Shown one piece after another: positions 13,897 through 27,214 of a stretch of 64,000 bases of DNA. How positions within the stretch are numbered: position 1 is the stretch's first letter; each line of letters begins with the position of its first letter. The notes under the pieces are model-generated. The model was not told where the DNA came from. It made no database searches and worked only from the letters and a program-made list of their open reading frames with translations. Both the position numbers and the translations under genes were made by a program. The DNA is taken from NCBI GenBank assembly GCA_012295275.1, contig CM022670.1:744001-808000 (forward strand). Direction: 5' to 3'. The DNA comes from Chrysomallon squamiferum. Its lineage: Eukaryota; Animalia; Mollusca.

Positions 13897-16800
13897 TATT
13901 ACAGACATTGAGTCTCCAGTAAACCAAACAACTTAATTACACCTGTAAAATGCCTGTGAAAATGACACACTTCAATATCACAGGTAGAGTGATCATTAAG
14001 ACATCTGTGTTAATTTATTCAATTAATTGTTAAAAAAACAAAAAACAGAAAAAACCCACAGTAAAACAGATTGAAAGAAATAATAATAAATCTTTTATTT
14101 AAAATAATATATTTCTTAGTAACAAATACAAAAAACCCAGTATTTAAAAAAAAAAATTCTACAGTTGTTTATCACATTAGTTTTTAATATTATTATTTTT
14201 TTCATTATTGTATTTTTAGATAAATATAATTTTTCTGTTTGTACTACCCAGTTTTCATATTTTCCTAATGATTGTTTAATATTAGTTTTACTTATAAGAT
14301 AGTAAGTGAAACCATAGATATTAAAAAAAAAACTGAATTATGAAAGATACTATTTAGTTAAATATATAAAAGTAAATTATTTAATGCAGTATTTTAGGAG
14401 AAAGACAGAGAAAGTAAAAGAAAGAAGAACAATTTTTAAATAATAATAATAATAAAAATATAATAATTTTAAATACACTGAATTACATTTTATTTTATTT
14501 TTGAAATATACATTATATATTTTATTTCAATTTTTTTTTTCAATTTCTTTTTGTTTTTTGTTGTGCTAATTGAAATGCTACTTAATACAAGTTTTGATGT
14601 TATGGGTCACACATACATGAAAGGACTAGGAAGTTGTCTTTGTTTCTGGAAGTGTCCAATTTGTCACTTTGTGTGATTAAAAGTGACAGTAATCTTTTTG
14701 TCAAGGCTAATCAGAGGATTAATGCTAAGTGTTTTTACACAATCAGCTTATAGGATTATTGTCATAACATTTGTTTTAATGATGACAATGAGTCCATCTT
14801 GTTATTGTTTTGTTGTAGTTTTCTGTTTCTTTCATGTTTTCTCCTTTTTTCATATTTAAAAGCTTTTTTATTTTTTCATTTATTGCTATTATTTTATATA
14901 TATATATATTTGTTTTTATCTTATCTTTATATTATCTCTACTATTAACTTTTTAAAATTATAATTTATCAACATCATAATTATAATTAATATTATTATTA
15001 TCATCATTATATGAACTAATAAAGTAGGACACTAACATATAAAACATGAATGAAAATTATATAATCTTAAATACTTGTTTCTTCTGCTTTCTCAAATGCT
15101 CAGACAACTTAAATACAAAGCATGCAAAATATTCAAAATGTGACCTTACATCACCACAGGTACACATTAACTATCAGAAATACATGATTATAGACCAGTG
15201 TGTATCAAAGCATACAGTGCTATATTGAGTTTAACTCTGTTAAAGGAACTTGGAAATAATTTCAGTCATAAAACTGATAAATTCTCTAACTGAAGAACTT
15301 TCAGCGATAATTTTAAAACTATCAAACAAAGAACAGGCACTTAATTGTTATCTCTAATTGTCATTTAAAATGTAATATTATTTCTCTTTCTTTGAAGTAG
15401 GGATAGATTATGCTGGTTGTTTTATTAAGTATTACCTACTGTTTTGTGATGTAAATCTCTCCAATTTGAGTTCTGTCTAATTTCACGCAGTAACTAAATG
15501 TACAGTCATTTATAATTTTATTTTATTATGTAACTGCCCCTTTGATTAATCTAATTTTATTTTTGTTACAAGGATATCAGAAATAATGGGTGTCATTTTT
15601 TTTAATATAGACTGAATTTGGTAATTGCAATATTCTTGTTTTGAAACTTATTTATTTGCCAGTACAAGTTGTGGGAAGAAACCAAAATTAATAAATATTA
15701 GATGTAAAGTAATTATTTTTCTTTTCTTGTTAAAAGTTTTTGCATGTTTGTTTTAAAAAGTGTCTAAAATGTTATATTTTACAAAAGAAAAAAAGATGGT
15801 AGTTACAAGAAGTTTGATTAATTATAGATTAAAATATATTGCTATTCATTTCCTACTTGAAAAGGTAGGATGGTTACATGAATACTGTTTTAATAGATAT
15901 CATTTAATATTGTTATTTTGTAAATTAACAAAGTGAATGCAAATGTATTAGTTTTTATAATATATTTTAATTGATTTTCTCCCAGATTATATGGAAATGT
16001 AGCACTTATCTTATTTGTGTTAATAACTTCATTTATAAGATTCAAACCTTTATTGTACAGTAGTGGAAAGATAGTTGCAAGTAAACTTAAATAAGTATAA
16101 TTAAGTAAAAATTCCTGCCTAATGTTATTTTACTTCAAGGTCTAGAAGGTATGTCTGTTTGGACAGGTATTATTTAAAATGTAATGCTAGTTTAATTTCT
16201 GACAGAAGGGTGATTACAAGGATGTTAGACTCATTGTTACATAATCCCATTCTGACACAGACAAATGTGAGAGACAAATTTTTCTTTTAAATCATCCATA
16301 TATACCCTCCACTTCCAACATCTGCCAGTTTCTCCTCTTCTTCTTCTCTTTTTTTTTTCCCCTTAACCATTCATTTGTATTAAGGATACTTACCCCTTTT
16401 AAACTATTGTCATCTACCATTTAAGGTAAATTATGGACCCTTTTTTTGTGTGTTGGTAGGGACACCTACCTCTTAATGGGTTGGGAAATGACACACATTT
16501 GGCAACAGGGAGGCAGTGTCTAATGCAGCACACTGCTGGCTTAAAAGGCTGATTACAGTGGTGTGTGTGTTGATGATGATTTGCAGAATGGTCTGATCTA
16601 ATGGAGTAGATGTAAGCGGTTTACTTGGACAGAAGGCAAATTATACATCAAGTGGATTTTGTTCTGGGTGGGTGGTCGGAGGGTTGTGTTTAAATAGTAA
16701 CTGTAGCTAGCAAAATTGTTACCCTTTTTAACTTTTTTAGAAAAAGCTTTGAATAAAAACTTATTTTTCTTCTTTTTTTTTAATTTTAATTTTTCTTATT

Positions 16801-19800
16801 TATTTTTTATATTTGTGCCAAAGAGACTATAGATTTATCTCAGATATTTTATTTTGATTTTACATTAAATTTAATATAAACTTAGATAGTTTACAATAAT
16901 CTTGTGTTAAACAGTACTTAAGGTGTTAAATCTTAATAGTAATATTAATTGTAATAAAAATAGTTATAAACAGAATTTTATAGAGTTAAGAGAATGTAAC
17001 AGGAACAGTAGATAAAATAAATAGTTGATGCCTTGTAAGAATAAATAATATTAAGACAATCTAATAGCAGTGTAAGAGAAATACAACATGTCAAAACAAT
17101 CAAACAGACATAGTAGAATATAACATGATCTTGCAGGAAAAATAAACAAAATAGATAACTGATTTCTTGAAAAAATTATGAGAAATTAATACATAATTTT
17201 TTATATAATAATAACAGTAATAATTTAAAAAAATCTTCTGGAAATCTAACAGAAGATTAACATGTCAAAATAATGTAATAGATGCAGAAGAATGTTTCAT
17301 GAACTTTATAGTGTAAATGGAACTATATAATGTTACAGGAAAAAAGGGAACCTAACAAGACCAAAGTAACAATAGAAAGTACCAGCAATAAAAAAAAAGA
17401 GAAAAAAAAGAAGTTATATGACCAGTAGAAAGTAACATGTACAATGGAATCTCTATCTAATGACCAGAATAACAAGTGTTCAGCATGAATCATCAAAGAC
17501 TGCCGATGTCCACGATGCTGCTTGTAAAGAAAGTGAATGGACTTTTAAAAGTGGACAACAAACACACCCAGCACTTGAGTGTGTTAAAAGAGTTAGTTTT
17601 GCTAACCCTGCGAGAGAAAGGCTGTGTGTGTGTGGATGTGGGCAGCCATGGTGTAGGTAAAGTTAGTTCTGTCATGAAGGACCCTTGACAAAATCTTTGA
17701 TGTGCTCCTCAACTCTCAATTAGATGGGATTAACTTAAAGTGTTATCATTTGCTGTGCTGTGTACAATGGCTGTTTTCACAGCAGCTAGCTAAATAATTG
17801 ACTTTTCAACTTAACTCAGAGATCTAATGGTTCTGAGGTAATCTTACTCTCCATTTTAATGTGTGGAGCATGGTGCTGGTGTCTAATTTATTTGCTTTTT
17901 CTGTCTTTTGCTCATTGATGTATGATCAGTTTTAAAAACTTTAACAGTGTGTCAGTGTATCAAGATATGTAAAATCTATCTGTGATTCTGATTTTTTAAT
18001 TATGAGTAGAACAGTATTAATAACCAACATTTCTTTAACTCATAATGTTGTTCAGTCTTAGAGCTGGCAGTGTGAATGTCTTTACAAGTTATGTCAAATT
18101 AGTCATCTTCAGGTCTCTAAGAGAAACATAACTGCACATTGTCCTACTTGAAGTCTAATTTAAATTATTGTTTTCTTTATTATTATTATTATTATTGTGG
18201 TTGTTGATTTTTTGACATGATTGTCCTCATACATATTAACAGAAGTGGATTTTTAATATACCCTTCACACAGACATGAAAGCATTTGATAAAGTTAACAG
18301 AGGGACATTGGTAGAAATAGGAAACAGACAAGGATTCAGTAAAATTTAACTCTTTCTTGAAACCAATAAGTCTACAAAAACATATCAAATTCAGCAATAA
18401 TATTGTTATAATTATTTTAACCAAATTTTATAGAATTTGTCAACAAATATAAACTTTACTCGTAACCAAAACTTCAGTGGTAAAATCATATGACAGTAAA
18501 AGAATTGTAAAGCCTGGATTCTGAAGAATAGGCCTTAAAAATGTGTATGAATATTTAATTTAAATTAACATAGTGCCATGATTATTTGGCAATTAGTAGT
18601 TCAGGACTAAAATAGACATCAGTTTCATTTGAAATAAATATTTATATGCCATTTCTGTCATTCTTTCACTCCAGTTTGTCTTTGTCTGATAACTCCTTCA
18701 CTCAGCATTTCTCATGTTTCACACTGAATATTCATAAGCAGCTGCCTCTCCAACAGGTGAAAAAAAGATCAAAGGCAAACCAATCAACCACGTCCACAAA
18801 CTGAGCACTGATTGGAAAATTGATGAGCAGTAAAATACAGACTGAAACCATTCAAGAGTAAAAATGCAAAAGAGAATTGGCACCCAGGGGAGAAAACTGA
18901 GGTGTAAGTTTTATGATGCGGTAGTGTTTTTATGGGCTGCTGTGAATGCTTGGTTTCATGTCCACCAATTTCATGCTGTAACCTGCAGACTGGTTGTGTG
19001 TAAGATTCTGTCTGGTCCTGTTTGCTCACAGGCAGCAGACAGTGACCAGTTGGTCTGCTTCATTTAAACCAATTTAGCAATCCACAGGGTCCTGTGTTTC
19101 TCAGACTGCACCTTCTCTTGTCTGGGTGTCGTTGTAACCATGTGGAACATGTTTTTATAAACTCACTGAGCTTTTTATAATGTCTACATGTGTGTTTGTT
19201 GTTTTTCTGTGTTAGTTCCATCTGTTTAGCCAATTGTTCATGCAAATGGCTTTCTTGCAACAGTTTGTGTCTGTCTGACCATCTACCAACCTTTCAAAAA
19301 GCTATCTTTTTTTAATCAGTGACCAGAAATATAGAAATGTATCTAGTCATCATATTTAGCCACTGTTTATATGTGTATATGTATATGTATGTGTGTGTCT
19401 CTGTGTGTGTTTGCACATAATACAAAAAAATATCTTTTTAACAGCAAACCAAGAAACAAACACATGCATTCAGTTTAAAGGAGGTACAATAATTATCACT
19501 TACATATTAAACATTGACTTTTCAGCTTTTGGTTCAGATCTTAATAAGTCTTACAACTGATCCAAAACCTTTAACTTTAATCAAGTTACTTGAAAGGAGA
19601 TTGTCAAGAACACTACAGTTTATCTCAAGTTCTTAACACCCATTCTATACCTCTGATGTAGGATTAACATTAATCCACTTAAATCTAGACTTGTTTGCTC
19701 TGATCATCCAAACTATAGACCTGCTTTGAACAGAAATCATCTAGATAAGTATACTGGCATATATCACTCAGTGTTTGTTTTGTTACATAAACTTTTGAGA

Positions 19801-20898
19801 CTTACTCAGCTTTTTCTCTAGTTTCATACTCCTTATTTATCAGATACAGATTTATCAGGTAAACTGCTCACCTGAGATCTAGAATGTTTGGAATTAAGGT
19901 ATAAACACACTTTTGTGATTTTGTTTGTTCACAGTTTATTCATGGATATTTTGGATTTAATGTAATAAACACATTATATTAAATATTAAAGACACATTGT
20001 TTTCATTATCATTATTCCAGTTTGTTTTGATTACAGTTTGTATCTGACAGCTTACATTAAATATTAAAGATACTATTATCGCATAAATATATATATATTT
20101 TATTTATTATATTTATTATAATTGAATCATAATTATCAGTTCATGTTAAATTTTAAAAGGATATGATTTTTATTATATTGTTATTATAGGATATTTATGT
20201 TGCATATTTTTATAACAAATGAGACTGGGCATTAACTTCATTAATTTCAAAATGATTTCTTATCTATAATATTTGAACTAAGCCAATGGTCTCATTAATA
20301 TAATAACTGTAGTTTAGATATTACTATTAAATATAAAAATTAAAATTAATTGGTAATTGGTTTGTTAAATAAATAATTACAAGAAGTAAATGTTATAAAT
20401 AATAATAGTAATTGAGTATTTATATCTAAATGAAAGGTAACCATTTTTCTGTGTGCAGTCTTCTCTTGCTGTTGTCATTCAGTTTACTTTTTGATCATTT
20501 TGATCAATTTATTTTTAAATTTTATTTCATTTTATTAATATTATTATTATTATTATTGTCATTATTATATTTGATGGATATCTCTGTGTGCTTTGTAAAT
20601 AAACTGACAGTTCAAATGTTCTAGACATTGTCTCTCTTTTTTTTTTCTTTTTTTTTAAATTTTAATTTTTAATTTTATTTGATCTTATATTATTATTTTT
20701 ATATACAAGTTTAAAAAGTGAGTTAATGTAAAAAACATAACATGTAAATAAAGCTAAACTCCAGCATTCAGATATTTATATTTAAACTTAAATACTATAT
20801 CATTCAAATAACAAATATGTAATAAAATTACATGTAGGTGAAACAAAAACAGTAATAAACACAAATCATTGCAACAAGAACAAAATAAAGTGACTTAC

Positions 20899-20917
20899 CT
20901 ATCAGTATCGCAGCCAT
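20899..20917 (-). CDS. Putative alternative first coding exon (MAAILI+1 nt), within a spliced exon 20995-20899
   Basis: Minus strand: acceptor ttttattctcttcag| at 20996, in-frame TAA upstream, then tcaaaATG GCT GCG ATA CTG ATA G|gtaagt; phase 1. Upstream UTR donors at 21109 (TG|gtaagg) and 22501 (AAG|gtgagc). Confidence 0.6.
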
Positions 20918-23368
20918 TTTGAAGAGTATGATTTAGAATGAGTAGTTCTGTGAAATATGGACAGCTTGTCAACACCAAATTACTTCTCAAATTATCTGAA
21001 GAGAATAAAATTTCTTCCTTTACTTGGGTTTTATTCTAATTTTGAAATATAAAGATTTTATCAACTGTAAACACTAAAACCTATTTGCATATTTTAACAT
21101 CACCTTACCACTTTTTCTGTAATCCTTGTTGTGGAGATTAACTTTAGAGACTTTTGAATAATGGACATAAATAAAATTAGCTAATAGTAAAGATAAAGAA
21201 CTCTCTAAAGAAAGTAAAAATGGTGAAGGTAAAAATATATTCTATAATAATGGAAACAAGGAAGTATATAATAATGGAGATAGGGAACTCTGTTGTGATA
21301 GAGTAAGGAACTCTCTAATGCTGAGGTAAAAAAGTGACTGTACACTGGTACTCTAATGTGTTCCAATATAATGAATTACTGAGTGCAGTTGGATAACTCT
21401 ATTGTTTAGTAATGATCTTATTATGATTCAGTGATGCAACAAAACACTGCAGGGGTTTTGAGAACTTAATTAACATTAACTGACTAATTACTTCAGCTCA
21501 TTAGCAGCCACACGCCACACAGGGGTTTTCACAACTCATCCATTATAGGAGTAATTATATTAGGAAAGTTTTATTTGTTCTGTAAACTGTTTGTGGTAAA
21601 GGGGTATGTGAGTGAATCATTTTAACATGTGAATTTTAACATTGTTGTGTTACAAATGTTAGAGTGTTCATGCATTTTACCTATGACTTTTTGCAGGCTT
21701 GCCCATGATAGACTTGTTTTAACACACATACACACACACACACACACTCTCTTTCTCTCTTTCTCTCTCTCACACATGCACACACTCACACATATAAAAT
21801 ATTTTATTACACACCAAAAATAATCAACATTCTTAAGATTTATTTATATCTAACTTCACATATGAATGATAAATGCTGATTGTAGATAACTTTTGCTTAA
21901 CAGTGAAAATGTTTGATTAAATGTCCTGTCAAATCCAGTTAAAAGAGTGTATGTACTGATAAACCCTCCAACAGCAAATGTAGAATAATGTTATTTCAAT
22001 GAAGTGAAATTTGTTTTCCTCTGATTAAAGGGGAAAAAAATGGACTAGAATGTAAATTTAAAAAAAAGAATGAATAAATAAATAAAATTAAAGAGATTTA
22101 AATTAGAGCATACTTTCTGTAATTTTATTTTCAGTAGAAGACTTGCACAACAGAAATATACTCTAAAACAATTTTCTTTTACAAATCACATACAACTGGA
22201 ACACAAAACACTGAGTCATTTATTTCACTTTTATTATTATCATTTTCTAATTGATATTGAAATGAGCACTCTGTTAACTCAACAACAACCCAAACCCAAT
22301 AAAACACCAGCACACGAAAAATGAACAGTCTGCCCAGTGTTCTTTCCTCCGTACCCCCCAGTCCCCCCGACTCCACAGGGATGAGAAATAAGTGTGTGCT
22401 GCCCTGTCCACCTGGCTGGTCTGTGTAATGACAAGAGTCACTTTGATGATCACCTGATGTTAGTCAGAGTGTCATGCAATAAAAGCAGGTGTCAGCTCAC
22501 CTTGAGTTCCAGCACAGATCTGTGTGTTAATAGACCTTTTCTGCCACTTCTCTGATATATGCTAAATATTTGAGTCTGTGCTGTAAAGATGGCAGCAAGG
22601 TGGACATTATATCTCAGCAGGAGGGCAGCTTTTATTGGGTGGGTCTGGTCTGCAGACCTCGAGAGTTGTCCACTGTTTGATTCGGTGTTTGTTCAGGCTT
22701 TTGTTCATTAGTCAAATGTGTGTTGAGTTGAGATTTATTTCTTCCACTGTTCAATATGTTTAATTTAATGTGCTCAGTTTGAATAGATGGTCACTCATTT
22801 TTGGTTTGAACTTTCCCATCTGCTATTCTTCCAGAGAGAAGACATCTCTGTAGTAATAAAACTTCAAAGTGTTGACAAACAGATTTAGTTTTAAGTATAT
22901 CTTTGACATGAATATTCATTTCATTAGGCGACTTCAAAAACCTCATATGTTAATCTAGTATTATTAATTAATTATATCTCTGAAAATTATAAATGTTTGT
23001 TATAATTTATCTGTTATTTCTCTCTCTGTCATTTTCCATTTATAATATTATATCATATGTGAATAAATCATTGCATATTTCACTGATCTTTCATTTTTCA
23101 TTGTTTTTTATTATTTCTTTTAAACTATCTCTTAAAAATGGAAAATGAGATTCTCATCACATTAAAGTTTGTTTTTAGTGACAAATATAACAGTGATATG
23201 TAATATAAAACATTTTTTGCTATTTGTTTATAAAATGGAATATACTACATGCTGTTGTCCTGTAATGGAGATGAAAGAAAAGACAAAATGGAAGTCTACA
23301 AATTATAACTTGTCGTGGGTTATTTATTACAGAGCTGTGATTATTAATGAAAGTTTATTTATCTGCAG

Positions 23369-23501
23369 GAGGAGGAGGCTGAGTGGGTGGGTCTGAGTAT
23401 CGGTGAGGCTGTTGCGAAGGCGAAGGCCGAGTATGCTGCAGCCAACCCAGTCCGTCCTCTCAAAGAACTGTTTGCTGAACAACTCACTGACGATCTGAAA
23501 G
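23369..23501 (+). CDS. MRPL28: MRPL28 exon (EEEAEWVGLSIGEAV...DDLK)
   Basis: ctgcag|GAGGAG...AAAG|gtaaaa; GC-rich open frame with the recognisable motif. Confidence 0.9.
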
Positions 23502-24203
23502 GTAAAAATTACCTTTTCTAGACGAGTTTTCTTTTTTCTTGTTGCTGTTGTTTTGTTTCATGTTTTCATTTTCAGGCATCTACTGTTTTCATATTTGTTA
23601 TTTTATTTATATTTAAAAAAAAAAAAAAAAAAAAAAAAAATTATTTTATTATTTATTATTTTTAATTTTTTTTTTTATTATTGGATTTTTTTTTTTGCTT
23701 AAAATTTTGTTTTAATTATTATTATTAATTTTATGGGTAGATAGTTAAAAAATAAAATAAAATAAAATAAAAATATAAAATGTGTTTCTTACACTGATGT
23801 AATTAATCTTGTAATACAACTGAATGTCTAAATACATTCTCAAATATATGCACACATTTTCTTTTCCTGCCAGCTGTTAACCATCTGTACATGTGTTTAC
23901 ATATATTGCACAATATAATTTTATATTTTCTTTATTTTCTTTTTCTTTTTTTCTTTCAGCTGGAAAGTACACAGCAGACTCTGAATATGAGTAAGTTTTA
24001 AACTTTTTATTACAATCATTTCTGTGAAATCCAGTATCTGAAAGTATTGAATTAATGTAATAATTTATATTATTTTAAAGTTAAAGAAAAAAATATATCA
24101 AATTTCAAACAAAATTTGCCAAATTCTTTTCATGGATTGACAGGAATTATTTATTTATTATCATTATTATTATTATTGAAATAACATGTTTTATTATTAC
24201 AAC

Positions 24204-24242
<39 letters not shown>

Positions 24243-24287
24243 CTTTTTAATTATGATTATTCTTCTCTTACTATTTTGGTTGTTGTC

Positions 24288-24341
<54 letters not shown>

Positions 24342-24428
24342 TTTTTGATTTTTTTCAGTGAATCAGAAAGTTGGCTTCAGAAAATTAATCCCTTCACAAC
24401 TTCATCAAATGAAGAAAAGAAATCATGA
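23369..24428 (+). CDS. MRPL28: 39S mitochondrial ribosomal protein L28, 3' part (last 3 coding exons: 23369-23501, 23960-23990, 24359-24428); upstream exons lie left of the window
   Basis: Spliced translation EEEAEWVGLSIGEAVAKAKAEYAAANPVRPLKELFAEQLTDDLKAGKYTADSEYDESESWLQKINPFTTSSNEEKKS*. The start matches my recollection of the human MRPL28 motif EEEAEWVGLTLEEAIEKQR..PVPLFK. AG/GT boundaries and phases 0/1/2 are consistent; TGA at 24426-24428. Confidence 0.88.
23960..23990 (+). CDS. MRPL28: MRPL28 penultimate 31-nt exon
   Basis: Long polypyrimidine tract, ttcag|CTGG...ATGA|gtaagt; phase 1 in, phase 2 out, fits neighbours. Confidence 0.8.
24359..24428 (+). CDS. MRPL28: MRPL28 terminal coding exon
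   Basis: tttcag|T GAA TCA GAA AGT TGG...TCA TGA; phase 2 in; AATAAA downstream. Confidence 0.75.
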
Positions 24429-24518
24429 TTTATCAGTTTCATTTATTTAGACTACAAAGTATCCAAAACAGAAATAAGTTCCCTCAAATTTCAAAAGAAA
24501 CTGAAATATTTATAAAAG

Positions 24519-25550
24519 AATAAAAATCAAATAAATAAACTTTCAATCTACAGAGGAAATACTGAAGAAATATTCTTTTATATTAGTTTAAATTTATATA
24601 TTTGTGTCTGCACAAAACTTATAGCTTCACATTTTGCTTCAATAAAATTTAAAAATTTATAAAAATAATAATAATAATTAAAAAAATAAGAATAATAATA
24701 AAAAGTAAAAAAGTGCAGATTTAACAAAAAGAATAATAATAGTTCATCTGTCTTAATTGTATAATACATTTCTAACTCTTTAATTACAGTTTTAGTTTGT
24801 TGTAAAAATAATAAGAATAAAAGAAAAAACAAGGTCATGTATTATGTTTCAGGAGACAAAGGTATATGTTTAAGTAATAAAGCATGAACTGTCACCATGA
24901 CAAAACCTTCTATTTTTAATATATTAAACATCTGTTCTTTACTGGTTTCACATAGGTCAACATTTTAAAATTTTCACAAAAAATACATCTATATGTAAAT
25001 TTACAGATGGACTGTTTTACAAAAAAATGAGATTTATAAATGTTTTGTTTTTGTTTTTTTAATTATTAAATAAAACAAAAATGATACATCATTTTTACAG
25101 TACTGCTTTCTAAATCTTTGTTTTCTTTTGTACTAAATTTGTAGTCTGGTGACATTTTTGCTATCTGTTTTTGGACTAACATTTGTAGAATGATATGTTT
25201 AGAATATACTGAAAAATAATGAATGGTAATAAAGAAGTCTTCATTTTTTATTGGTGTTTTTCTTTTGTCATATATTTCATTTTTGAATATATTAAAATAT
25301 AATTTTTCTTTCTTTTCCTTCCTTTGTTTTACAGTTTTTCTTTCTTTTCCCTGTTACTCTCCATTAAATTATCTCCATCAGTCATTTTTCTGTCTGTCCA
25401 TCCTGTCATTTTCCCTCTCCTTTCACTCTTCTTTTATTATGGCATTTTATTCTATTCTTTTTCTATATCCTTGTCATGTATTTATTAAAACTAATTTCTT
25501 CAGTTTTTTAAATTAGGGGTGATAATATATATATATGGAAGTTAAATAAA
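24519..25550 (+). terminator. Candidate MRPL28 polyadenylation signals (AATAAA at 24519, ~25069, 25545)
   Basis: AATAAA hexamers after the stop codon. CpG depletion ends just after 25550, consistent with a transcription-unit end. The hexamer is common in this AT-rich DNA. Confidence 0.35.
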
Positions 25551-25683
25551 ACCTGTGTCACAATAAGTATTTGTAATTTGTACCAGCTACACAGGCACCT
25601 AGACTTAAAGCAAATACGGACATATTCCTCCCTTTTGATGCGACTATTTTCACTAACATTTCTTTAACATGTTAATTGACAGG

Positions 25684-25730
<47 letters not shown>

Positions 25731-27214
25731 CATCATTATTACGTCTGTTATTAATAGTAGTAGTAGTACAAGCTAAACTTAAAATGACTTACTTAATTGA
25801 CATTTATATTGACTCCCCATTTTTTTTTTTATTGTTAACGTTAAAATGACGAAGAAAAAAGACGAATATAATGTGTTTTTTATTAACTTTATTTACAGAC
25901 TGCAATTATAAATTAATAAACGTTTTCCTTTATCAAAAGTTACTTGAGCAAATCCCACGGCGATTGATTAACGTTAGAAAATGAAAGCGTTTTTCTTTTG
26001 TTTACTTTCGGAGTAGCATCTGCTAGACCTGCTTTCTTCAGATAACTGATTTTAATATTTAATTTATCTCTGTGTATTTACAGATGACTATCTTCGTGTT
26101 TTCGAGTTGGTTTTGTAGTCTTCAGTTAAGGACAAATTTTCGTACTTGAGGAATAGTTAAACTATCGTTTTTTAGTTTTGTCCTTTTGTTGAATGGCTTT
26201 CAATGTAACGGATATCCGTTGTAATCTCTTCCAACAGGACAGCTTGCATTCAGGTTCACAATGTTGAATATTTTATATCCGTGTTTTGTACTCGGCCCAA
26301 TTTCTCGGTTGCATTTTGAGTTATCATTTTTGACATCGTGTACGTTTTTTCTTTTTTCATTTAATAAATAAAAATAACAAAAAGGAAAGAAAAAAATGTT
26401 TTCTTCTGGGTGGAACAAAGCCTAATAAAATGCTACTGGTCTTTTTAATTCAAAGAAAATTGATAAAGAAGAGTTAATGGATGAAATATTTAAAAGTATT
26501 AACGCTCCCATAATCTGTAGCTGTCTCGATTGCAAGCCTGCAGTCTGGTTGCCGCAAGCCGCATAGCGACAAAGGAAAAATTAATCCGGCGCATCTGCAT
26601 ATAGTTACCTACACAAAATATAAATGCAGCGACCCCCAACCCTCCTCAGCCTTGTCTCTAATCGGATAATGCCTGTCGGGGATGTTTTCGCCTCAAAGTG
26701 TTTTAATGTCACATTTTACCAAATCAAAATTGTTTAATTTGTTGTCAGCGGCCGCCATTACAATACGTTTGTAATCCTCGCTCAATTTTGGGCTTTCTTG
26801 GGTGTAGACCTTGACGATTTGTTGTCATTTCCTGGCGTAAAGAGACAAAAGATGTAGATCTATTTTATATACCTAGCTATTTAAATCTTCCGAAACGCGT
26901 TATATGGACAGTGGTTATGGATTTTTAACGTGAGAAGATGTTACCTTCTCAATGACAATACAAAATAAATTTAAACCATTTAACTGATGAGAGAGAAAAT
27001 GCAATAAGGTCTTTAAATATGAGTAAATCAAGACGTAATTATAAATTTTTTCAAGACAACAGATTTATCCTAAATTTATGAAGTTTTCTTAATTCAGAGA
27101 AATTTCAGTTATATCCTGAAATGAACCAAATATTATTTTTAATACTGAAGTTACAGAATGAGCGAGGTTAAAATAGCGCCAGTGTCCAAATATAATAACT
27201 AACAAGGAGCTATT

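Larger units (their letters stand above)
11040..14020. repeat. Local repeat family rich in ttttacaggtgtaattaac: four direct copies and one inverted copy
   Basis: Direct copies ~11040-11200, 11920-12070, 12690-12830, 12958-13075; inverted 13921-14020; also 11750-11890 similar to 12575-12705. Confidence 0.85.

Noticed and set aside
18780-18793. CCAAT...CCACG resembling an ER stress element
   Set aside because: Spacing is 3 nt rather than the 9 nt of ERSE
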